From the NCBI GenBank assembly GCA_963796105.1, contig CAWCKJ010000004.1:1536001-1600000 (forward strand): a stretch of 64,000 nucleotides of DNA. The letters are read 5' to 3'. Source of the DNA: a candidate division FCPU426 bacterium. GTDB taxonomy: Bacteria > Oederibacteriota > Muellerivitia > Muellerivitales > Muellerivitaceae. The notes beneath the pieces are model-generated. The model ran no database searches. It was not told the origin of the DNA and saw nothing but the letters and a program-made list of their open reading frames with translations. Of this stretch, positions 1 through 7,852 are shown one piece after another (the stretch's first letter is position 1; each line of letters starts with the position of its first letter). The position numbers and the translations under genes were made by a program.

Positions 1-64
1 TTCCAACGGCGAATTGCGCGACTTGTTCGCCCTGAGGCGGGAAGCCCTGGAGGAGGCAACATGA
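1..64 (+). CDS. 3' end of upstream gene, probably SNF2/DEAD-H helicase (partial)
   Basis: Frame from nt 2 reads SNGELRDLFALRREALEEAT*, resembling SNF2 helicase C-termini. Its TGA overlaps the SWIM gene ATG (ATGA). SNF2-SWIM pairing is common. Confidence 0.55.
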   Translation, partial: SNGELRDLFALRREALEEAT

Positions 65-1071
65 GCGAATGGGGCTTGTATTACCCGCGTTCCACGCCGC
101 GAAAGGCCAAGGACGGGATACGCCTTCGGGCGGGGAAGGGAGCCGCCCAAAGCTGGTGGGGGGAGAAATGGGTCGCGGCCCTGGAATCCTTCGGCTGGCA
201 CACCCGCCTGACCCGGGGCCGCAACTACGCCCGGAGCGGCCAGGTGGTCTCCATCGACCTGAAGCCGGGCGAGGTCCTGGCCAGGGTGCAGGGCTCCAAG
301 CCCAAGCCCTATGAGGTCCGCATCGGGCTGAGGCGCACCCCCCGCAAGGATTGGCTGCGGGTGGCCGACATCCTGGCCAAGAAAGCCGTCTTCACCGCGA
401 AACTCCTGGCGGGGGAAATGCCCGAGGGGCTGGATGAGGCGTTCCGGAAAGAGGGCATCCCCTTGTTTCCCAAAAGCAAGAAGGACCTGGAGATGGAATG
501 CTCCTGTCCCGACTGGGAGAATCCCTGCAAGCACATCGCCGCCGCCTACTACATATTGGCCCAGGAACTGGACCGGGACCCCTTTCTGCTGTTGAGGATA
601 CGGGGCTTGGAGAAGGAGGATTTCCTGTCCCAGGTCCGCTCTTCCCGGCGCCAAGGACCCTCCATCCCGGGTGATCCTGACGGACACCGGCCTCCTGGGT
701 TCGCGCCGCCCGCGGGGAAAAAAGCGGAAAAAACGGGCAAAGCCGCCTCCGGGGCAAAATTGTCCGCTGGGGATTTGGGGGATTTTTACCGCCTGGCCCG
801 GGAACTTCCGGCGGACTGGGGGCCCAATCCTGACCGCGTCGCGCGAGCCCCCGCTCCCGGGTCGCTCATCAAGGAAATGGGAGTGCCGCCCTTTTGGAGG
901 GGAGACGTTTCCTTCACGGAAATCCTCCGGAAGGTCATGGAGTCGGTTCGGACTAACGCCGCAGTCCAGGCGGGGATGACTGGACCTCGGGGGAAAGCAA
1001 TGGATCAGGCATTAGCCCGGAAAGCCAGCCGGGGGGATGTTTCACGAAAAAATCCGAATAGCCGATTCTGA
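61..1071 (+). CDS. SWIM zinc finger family protein
   Basis: CSCPDWENPCKH SWIM motif; RLTRGRNYARSGQV N-terminal motif. Confidence 0.9.
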   Translation: MSEWGLYYPRSTPRKAKDGIRLRAGKGAAQSWWGEKWVAALESFGWHTRLTRGRNYARSGQVVSIDLKPGEVLARVQGSKPKPYEVRIGLRRTPRKDWLRVADILAKKAVFTAKLLAGEMPEGLDEAFRKEGIPLFPKSKKDLEMECSCPDWENPCKHIAAAYYILAQELDRDPFLLLRIRGLEKEDFLSQVRSSRRQGPSIPGDPDGHRPPGFAPPAGKKAEKTGKAASGAKLSAGDLGDFYRLARELPADWGPNPDRVARAPAPGSLIKEMGVPPFWRGDVSFTEILRKVMESVRTNAAVQAGMTGPRGKAMDQALARKASRGDVSRKNPNSRF

Positions 1072-1145
1072 GTTCCATGGGCTTGCCAGCGCAGGGTCGT
1101 TGACCTTCCGGATGATGCCGGGGTCCTGCCCGCATTTCAACGGCA

Positions 1146-1318
1146 ATTTTTAATTTTGAATGTTAAATGTTGAATTATTGAGGATTTCCATTTATCGCGC
1201 CAGCCTTCTATAAAACTAAAACGAGGCTGGTACTGTACTAATTTCATTAACTGTCTAATGGGAAATTGGCACGGAAATCTACCAAAATTTAGAATTCAAA
1301 ACTCAAAATTTAACATTG
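1146..1318. repeat. AT-rich heptamer-like inverted arms enclosing a two-hairpin element
   Basis: ttttgaatgttaaatgttgaat on the left versus attcaaaactcaaaatttaacatt on the right. Confidence 0.55.
1199..1272 (+). repeat. Two-hairpin element (GCCAGCCTTC..GAGGCTGGTA-NN-GTAC..GGCAC), copy 1
   Basis: Same arms and 74-bp length as 56832-56905; related in reverse orientation to the 83-bp units before hsdR. Confidence 0.8.
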
Positions 1319-1397
1319 GTTTTCAAGATGCCTTGCCACAGGTGTCAGGAGCCCAACCCGCTCACATTTCCGCCGGTAAACTAGGATAACCTGGTGA

Positions 1398-2012
1398 CAC
1401 CTACCGGCATGGGGGTCTCAGCTACCGGCATGGCGGGAATCACCTACCGGCATGGGGGTCTCAGCTACCGGCATGGCGGGGATCGCCTACCGGCATGAGG
1501 TTCTCAGCTGCCGGCATGGCGGGAATCACCTACCGGCATGAGGTTCTCAGCTACCGGCATGGCGGGGATCGCCTACCGGCATGGGGGTCTCAGCTACCGG
1601 CATGGCGGGAATCACCTACCGGCATGGGGGTCTCAGCTACCGGCATGGTGGGAATCACCTACCGGCATGGGGGTCTCAGCTACCGGCATGGCGGGGATCG
1701 CCTACCGGCATGAGGTTCTCAGCTACCGGCATGGCGGGAATCACCTACCGGCATGAGGTTCTCAGCTACCGGCATGGCGGGGATTGCCTACCGGCATGGG
1801 GGTCTCAGCTACCGGCATGGCGGGAATCACCTACCGGCATGAGGTTCTCAGCTACCGGCATGGCGGGGATCGCCTACCGGCATGAGGTTCTCAACTACCG
1901 GCATGGCGGGGATCGCCTACCGGCATGGGGGTCTCAGCTACCGGCATGGCGGGGATCGCCTACCGGCATGAGGTTCTCAACTACCGGCATGGCAGGGTTC
2001 GCCTACTGGCAT
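1398..2012 (+). repeat. Tandem repeat, 14 x 43 bp (21+22-bp subunits, core CTACCGGCATG) plus partial unit
   Basis: Unit CACCTACCGGCATGGGGGTCTCAGCTACCGGCATGGCGGGAAT repeated 1398-1999 with two biallelic variable positions. Confidence 0.97.
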
Positions 2013-2418
2013 ATTCCTGGGCTCTTATTTGCAGGCGAGTTTTCCACCAATCCGGGGTCAAGTTTTCCGTCGTCCGGTGCCGGGTTTCCGCCATCCGGAG
2101 ACGGGCTTTCCGGCGACATGGCGGTCGGGTGGAGCGGCAGGCATGTCGGAGGCCCTGTCGGAATGGGCGGTCCGACTGCTGGCATTGACGTTGAGTCCGC
2201 CTAATTCTTTATTTCTTGCAACAATTCTTCATTTTTCATTGCCTTGCCGTGAGCTTGTCGAATCCGTCATTTTTCGTTTTTTCCCCGTTTTCTCCTAACT
2301 TTTTTGATGTTCCTCATTTTCCATTCTACATTGTTCATTTTTCATTGTTTTCCGTTGGTGGCATAATGAGGGCCGGTTTTTGGCGTATGACGTAAGATAA
2401 ACTGAAAATTAATAAAAA

Positions 2419-2594
2419 ACTCAACTTTGGAAAATTTTTAGGCCGTTGGTTCTTCCCCCTCTGAAAGAGGGGGATTAAGGGGAAGTTAGAATTGTTTTGG
2501 GTTTTAGCAACAACTAATACCCCCCTATCCCCCCTTTTTCAAAGGGGGGAATAGCTATCTAAAGCATGTCTTTCGAAATTTGCCAAAGTTGAGT
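2419..2594. mobile_element. MITE-like element upstream of hsdM
   Basis: 19-bp terminal IR ACTCAACTTTGG(A/C)AAATTT (18/19), internal CCCCCT..AGGGGG hairpins, A-rich flanks. Confidence 0.75.
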
Positions 2595-2617
2595 AAAAAA
2601 TATAAATAAAGGCCCCC

Positions 2618-4075
2618 ATGTTCGAACAAGCATTTAAAAACATTGATGATGTGCTTTATAAAGAAGATGGTTGCAGCACGGAACTCGATTATGCCGAGCA
2701 ATCCTCTTGGCTCCTTTTCTTAAAATACCTCGATGGGTTAGAGCAGGAACGCGCGACGGCGGCTAAGCTGGACGGCAAGAGATACAGCTATATCCTCGAT
2801 GAACCTTATCGCTGGGCGTCTTGGGCCGCGCCTAAAACTAAGGATGGAAAATTAGACCATAACAATGCCCAAACCGGCGATGATTTGCGCGACTTTGTGG
2901 ATAAAAAACTTTTCCCGTATTTTCGGGCATTTAAGAGTAAGGCGAGTGGGCCCAACACCATCGAATACAAAATCGGGGAAATCTTTAGTGAGATAAAAAA
3001 TAGGATTCAAAGCGGTTACAACATGCGCGAGATCATCGACCACATCGATGAATTGCGGTTCGGCTCACAAAAAGATAAGCACGAACTTTCCCACCTATAC
3101 GAAGCCAAGATAAAGAATATGGGAAACGCCGGGAGGAATGGCGGTCAGTATTACACTCCCCGCCCATTGATCCGGGCCATTATCCAGGTCGTTAAGCCCG
3201 AATTAGGGGAGCGCATTTACGACGGGGCGGTCGGGTCTGCGGGCTTCTTATGCGAGTCTTACAACTACCTCTTGGCCAACAATCCCAAACGATCCACGGC
3301 ACAGGATAAGACCTTGCAAGAGCGTACCTTTTATGGGAAGGAAAAGAAGTCCCTCGCCTATGTCATAGCCATCATGAACATGATTTTACATGGCATTGAA
3401 GCGCCTAATATCATCCATACCAACACGCTTTCCGAGAACCTCGCCGACATCCAGGAAAAAGACCGTTATGAGGTTGTAGTAGCCAATCCGCCCTTTGGTG
3501 GTGGGGAACGAAAGGAAGTTCAGCAAAATTTTCCCATCCGCACCGGGGAAACCGCCTTTTTGTTCCTTCAGCATTTCATCAAAATCCTAAAAGCTGGTGG
3601 ACGCGGCGGCGTAGTTATCAAAAACACTTTTCTATCCAATACCGATAATGCCTCCACCTCTCTGCGTAAACTGCTCTTGGAAAGTTGCAACCTCCATACC
3701 GTGCTCGATTGCCCCGGAGGTACGTTCCTGGGCGCGGGGGTAAAGACCGTTGTACTCTTCTTCGAGAAAGGCGTACCCACCCGGAAGATTTGGTATTACC
3801 AGCTTGATCCTGGCCGCAACATGGGCAAGACCAACTCACTTAACGACGATGACCTTTCCGAATTTGTGAAGTTGCAAAAGAAATTCGCCGATTCACCAAA
3901 GTCGTGGTCGGTGGATGCCAAGGGTATTGATAAGGAAACCTTCGATCTTTCCGTAAAGAACCCCAACGGTGGCGAGGAAGTTAAACACCGTAATCCAAAG
4001 GCGATCATGGACGAAATTGCCAAGCTCGATTCAGAAAGCGCCAAAGTGTTGGGAAACATCAGGAAGTTGGTATGA
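2618..4075 (+). CDS. hsdM: Type I restriction-modification N6-adenine methyltransferase subunit M
   Basis: GQYYTPR, DGAVGSAGF (motif I), ANPPF (motif IV). Confidence 0.95.
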   Translation: MFEQAFKNIDDVLYKEDGCSTELDYAEQSSWLLFLKYLDGLEQERATAAKLDGKRYSYILDEPYRWASWAAPKTKDGKLDHNNAQTGDDLRDFVDKKLFPYFRAFKSKASGPNTIEYKIGEIFSEIKNRIQSGYNMREIIDHIDELRFGSQKDKHELSHLYEAKIKNMGNAGRNGGQYYTPRPLIRAIIQVVKPELGERIYDGAVGSAGFLCESYNYLLANNPKRSTAQDKTLQERTFYGKEKKSLAYVIAIMNMILHGIEAPNIIHTNTLSENLADIQEKDRYEVVVANPPFGGGERKEVQQNFPIRTGETAFLFLQHFIKILKAGGRGGVVIKNTFLSNTDNASTSLRKLLLESCNLHTVLDCPGGTFLGAGVKTVVLFFEKGVPTRKIWYYQLDPGRNMGKTNSLNDDDLSEFVKLQKKFADSPKSWSVDAKGIDKETFDLSVKNPNGGEEVKHRNPKAIMDEIAKLDSESAKVLGNIRKLV

Positions 4076-5247
4076 AAAACGGATGGGAAATAAAAAAACT
4101 TGGCGATGTTAGTGATTTCGAAGGAGGTTCTCAACCGCCGAAATCGAAATTCATATTTGAAAAGAGACCGGGTTATGTGCGTTTTCTTCAAATTCGGGAT
4201 TTTACCAAAGATAAAAATATTACTTATATACCTGAATCGAAAAAGAATCGACTCTGCAAAGAAGATGACATACTGATTGGAAGGTATGGCGCTTCGGTTG
4301 GAAAGATTTTGACAGGTAAGGCGGGTGCTTACAACGTGGCTTTAATGAAGACCAAGCCAAATTTGGCTTTGTTTGAGAAATCTTGGTTTTATAATTATCT
4401 CGTATCAGATGAGTTTCAAGGCCGCTTGGCTAATGTTGCTGACCGTTCAGCTCAAAATGGATTTAGCAAAGAAGATATATTTAATTTTCCTGTGCCCATT
4501 CCTCCGCTTACCGTACAGAAACGGATTGTCGGCATTCTCGACGAAGCGTTTGAGGGTATCACCACTGCCAAAGCCAACGCCGAAAAGAATCTCCAAAACG
4601 CCCGCGCCATCTTTGAAAGTCATCTCCAATCCGTCTTCACCAAGCCCGGCGGGGGGTGGATGGAGAAACGTCTAGTAGAGATTGCGCAAGAATTTGGTCG
4701 TGGTAAGTCTAAGCATCGTCCGCGTAATGACCCCAAACTCTACGGCGGCAAATACCCGTTCGTCCAGACGGGAGATGTCAGCAACGCTGATCACTGGCTA
4801 ACAAACTACTCCCAGACCTATGGCGAAGTTGGTCTAGACCAAAGTCGGTTGTGGCCGAAAGGGACTATCTGCATCGCAATTGTCGGGGCAACTGTTGGCG
4901 AAACTGCAATTCTTAACTTCGAAGCATGTTTTCCAGACAGCGTAATCGGGATCATAGTTAATGAGAAGCTCGCGGATAACGAGTATGTAGAATACTTGCT
5001 TCAATCATACAAAGCACTCTTGAAAGAGAAGGGGCAGGGCACAGCGCGCGATAATATTAATCTTGGGACATTTGAAAACCAAACTTTTCCATTCCCGTCG
5101 TTGAAGTTGCAGAAAGAAATTGTGGTTACGCTTAATGCGCTACACAAAGAAACCCAACATCTTGAATCCATCTACCAGCACAAGCTCGAAGCGCTGGAAG
5201 AATTGAAAAAGTCATTGCTGAACCAAGCCTTCACCGGAGAATTATAG
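4072..5247 (+). CDS. hsdS: Type I restriction-modification specificity subunit S
   Basis: Two TRDs with conserved PIPPLTVQKRIV / PFPSLKLQKEIV and LKKSLLNQAFTGEL; ATGA overlap with hsdM; lower GC. Confidence 0.95.
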   Translation: MKNGWEIKKLGDVSDFEGGSQPPKSKFIFEKRPGYVRFLQIRDFTKDKNITYIPESKKNRLCKEDDILIGRYGASVGKILTGKAGAYNVALMKTKPNLALFEKSWFYNYLVSDEFQGRLANVADRSAQNGFSKEDIFNFPVPIPPLTVQKRIVGILDEAFEGITTAKANAEKNLQNARAIFESHLQSVFTKPGGGWMEKRLVEIAQEFGRGKSKHRPRNDPKLYGGKYPFVQTGDVSNADHWLTNYSQTYGEVGLDQSRLWPKGTICIAIVGATVGETAILNFEACFPDSVIGIIVNEKLADNEYVEYLLQSYKALLKEKGQGTARDNINLGTFENQTFPFPSLKLQKEIVVTLNALHKETQHLESIYQHKLEALEELKKSLLNQAFTGEL

Positions 5248-5250
5248 ATA

Positions 5251-6447
5251 ATGCCCATTCCTGATAACAAACCACCGCAATCCAGCATTGTCCTCTACCG
5301 GACGGAGGACGGACGCACGCGCATCCAATGCCGGTTTGAAAATGAGACAATCTGGCTTACGCAAGTGCAAATCGCAGAACTGTTTCAAACTACCGTGCCT
5401 AATGTCAATCAACATATCAAGGCCATATATGACGAAGGCGAATTAGCCGAAGAGGCAACTATTAAGTCTTACTTAATAGTTCGATCCGAAGGCTCCAGGG
5501 AGGTTTCCCGCGATGTGATGCATTACAGTCTTCCTGCCATCCTCGCTGTCGGCTACCGTGTACGCAGCTCCCGAGGTACGCAGTTCCGCCAGTGGGCGAC
5601 AACGCGCTTGAACGAGTACCTGGTGAAGGGTTTCACCATGGACGATGAACGCCTGAAAAACCCCCCGGGACCAGGCTATACGGACTATTTCGACGAGTTG
5701 CTGGAGCGTATCCGGGACATCCGGGCCAGCGAGCGCCGGGTTTATTTGCGGGTCAGGGAAATACTGGCCTTGGCCGCCGACTACAAGCCCACCGGCGGGG
5801 AAACCAAGGTTTTCTACCAAACCGTCCAAAACAAGCTTCATTTCGCCGCCACAGGCAAAACCGCCTCCGAATTGATCGCGCAAAGGGCTGACGCTAAAAA
5901 GCCCAACATGGGCCTGACCTCCTGGAAAAGCGGCGTGGTGCGCAAGGGCGACGTGACAGTGGCCAAAAACTACCTGCGCGAACCCGAGATCGACGAACTG
6001 AACCGCATCGTCGTCATGTTCCTCGATTTCGCCGAGGACCAGGCCCGCCGGCGCAAACAGATATTCCTGAGGGACTGGAAAACCCGATTGGATGCTTTCC
6101 TGAAATTCAACGAGCGCGCCGTACTGCCCGGGGCCGGGAAGATCAGCCATGAAAAAGCGGAAGCGATGGCGGAAAAAGAATACGAGCTTTTCGCCGAAAG
6201 GCGCCGCGCCCAGCTTGAGGAGGAAGCCGAAACGGATACCCTTCGTCAGCTTGAGGCTGAGGTCAAGGGACGACCCTTCGGGTCGCCACTTGGGCGGGGC
6301 ATGGAACCCCGCCCAAGTACACGGCTAGGCTCTCGGGCATCTGGCTACACTAAAGCTTCGCCAGATAGGCGCCCGGAGCCTCGGCAGCCGGTGAAAAAAC
6401 TGCCCAAGCGGAAGAAACCCAGGAAGGGCAAGCCATGTACCGATTAA
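5251..6447 (+). CDS. Virulence RhuM family protein
   Basis: IWLTQVQIAELF, VGYRVRSSRGTQFRQWAT, LVKGFTMDDERLK, DYFDELLERIRDIRASERR; C-terminal palindromic insertion. Confidence 0.93.
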   Translation: MPIPDNKPPQSSIVLYRTEDGRTRIQCRFENETIWLTQVQIAELFQTTVPNVNQHIKAIYDEGELAEEATIKSYLIVRSEGSREVSRDVMHYSLPAILAVGYRVRSSRGTQFRQWATTRLNEYLVKGFTMDDERLKNPPGPGYTDYFDELLERIRDIRASERRVYLRVREILALAADYKPTGGETKVFYQTVQNKLHFAATGKTASELIAQRADAKKPNMGLTSWKSGVVRKGDVTVAKNYLREPEIDELNRIVVMFLDFAEDQARRRKQIFLRDWKTRLDAFLKFNERAVLPGAGKISHEKAEAMAEKEYELFAERRRAQLEEEAETDTLRQLEAEVKGRPFGSPLGRGMEPRPSTRLGSRASGYTKASPDRRPEPRQPVKKLPKRKKPRKGKPCTD

Positions 6448-6739
6448 TATTTTTATTATTCTAGGGAATCGGCACTATGCTGGGCCGGTTCTCCTATGGA
6501 ACCTGCACCATCAAAACGAGTGCCTCGGCCGGAAGCCTCGGCACAGATAGACTTTTTTAATAATAATTTTAAACAGAAGGTCAGCATGTACCGATTAATA
6601 TTTTCGATAATTCATGGAAATCGGCACTATACCGGCCTCAGTATAAAAACTTCCATTAGAAGGTCAGCATGAACGAAGCCGAGACCAGGGCCGAACACAT
6701 AGACCCGGCGTTGAAAAACGCGGGGTGGGGCGTGGTGGA
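6435..6739 (+). repeat. Direct repeat block: 151-bp unit + 83-bp unit + 71-bp copy of hsdR 5' end
   Basis: 6435-6585 ~ 10935-11085; 6586-6668 ~ 11086-11168 and 11169-11251; 6669-6739 = 11252-11322. Confidence 0.95.
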
Positions 6740-6749
6740 ATGAAGAGCC

Positions 6750-6985
6750 GATAAAGAGGGTTGGAATTGAACCGTCGACAGTTTGTCGACAGTCCAATAG
6801 GGCATACATCTTTGAAGATAAAGAATTGCGCCGGAAAGCAACTGTTCGGAAATTCCGAATAGTTTGAAATGAAGGCGGACGAGAGGCAGTTATCCGGAAA
6901 TCCCGGATAGCTCGTTTTGTGGGTGTGCGCGGTGGCGAATGAGTAGAGCCGGCAACTTGTAAGGATTAATTACAAGTTCGAAAGG
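6750..6985 (+). pseudogene. Four short RhuM/Bro-N gene fragments, each centred on a 25-bp palindrome
   Basis: Fragments read GIEPSTVCRQ, YIFEDKELRRKATVRKFRIV*NEGGRE, AVIRKSRIA and GGE*VEPATCKD*LQVRK; compare rhuM IYDEGELAEEATIKSYLIVRSEGSRE and Bro-N GSESVTNCHQLK. Confidence 0.75.
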
Positions 6986-6992
6986 GGCGTTT

Positions 6993-7829
6993 ATGAAGCA
7001 ACTGTTAGCCAAATTTGAAGGCCATGCCATCCGCCGAGTTTATGACGAGGATACTGAAACCTGGTGGTTCTCCGTGGTAGATATTATGCGGGTGCTGACC
7101 CAACAACCGGATTACCAGACCGCCCGCAAATACTGGAACAAGCTAAAAGAGCGGCTGGTTAAAGAAGGCAGTGAGTCGGTGACAAATTGTCACCAACTGA
7201 AACTTCCCGCCTCCGACGGCAAAAGTTACCTCACCGATGTCGCCACCGCCAAGACGCTATTGCGCCTGGTGCAGTCTGTGCCCAGTCCCAAGGCGGAACC
7301 GATCAAGTTGTGGCTGGCCAAGGTGGGCCACGAGCGCCTGAAAGATATGGCGGACCCAGCTCTTTCCCTGGATCGCGCCCGCGAGTATTGGAAACAGCAG
7401 GGCCGAAGTGAGAAGTGGGTCCAACAGCGCATGATGGGCCAGGAAACCCGGAACAAACTGACGGATTACTGGAAAGGCCACGAGATCAAGGGAGATGACG
7501 AATACGCCCTGTTGACCGACCTGATCCACCGGGAATGGGCGGATGTTTCGGTGAAACAGCACAAACAAATGAAGGGGCTCAAGACCCAAAATCTTCGCGA
7601 CCACATGACGGAGGCGGAATTGATCTTTACGGCTTTGGCCGAGCTTTCCACCCGGCAAATGGCCGAGAGTGTTGAAGCCACCGGGTTGAATGAGAATAAA
7701 ACAGCGGCCAAAAAGGGCGGCCATATCGCCAAAAACGCGCGGCTTGACCTGGAAAGCAAGACCGGGAAAAGGGTCATTACCGGCGATAATTATCTGCCGC
7801 CGCAACGCCGCATCACTGGAAAGAAATAA
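6993..7829 (+). CDS. Bro-N domain / phage antirepressor-like DNA-binding protein
   Basis: IRRVYDEDTETWWFSVVDI, ARKYWNKLKERL, LVQSVPSPKAEPIKLWLA, NLRDHMT. Confidence 0.88.
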   Translation: MKQLLAKFEGHAIRRVYDEDTETWWFSVVDIMRVLTQQPDYQTARKYWNKLKERLVKEGSESVTNCHQLKLPASDGKSYLTDVATAKTLLRLVQSVPSPKAEPIKLWLAKVGHERLKDMADPALSLDRAREYWKQQGRSEKWVQQRMMGQETRNKLTDYWKGHEIKGDDEYALLTDLIHREWADVSVKQHKQMKGLKTQNLRDHMTEAELIFTALAELSTRQMAESVEATGLNENKTAAKKGGHIAKNARLDLESKTGKRVITGDNYLPPQRRITGKK

Positions 7830-7852
7830 TGTACCGATTAATCTTTTTAATA

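Noticed and set aside
1038..1053. parS-like TGTTTCACGAAAAAAT
   Set aside because: Only 12/16 to the consensus with a broken right arm, inside a CDS; I saw no convincing parS near parAB.
1398..2012. CRISPR array
   Set aside because: There are no unique spacers (linkers are 10-11 nt and biallelic) and no cas genes in the window.
1495..2204. Repetitive ORFs (72-207 aa) across the 43-bp array, and similar ORFs at 56920-57474
   Set aside because: The period is not a multiple of 3, the frames cycle through the same peptides, and there is no clear RBS; these are by-products of the repeats.
4072..5247. hsdS shufflon (invertible TRDs)
   Set aside because: There is a single hsdS, with no silent hsdS copies, flanking inverted repeats or invertase seen.
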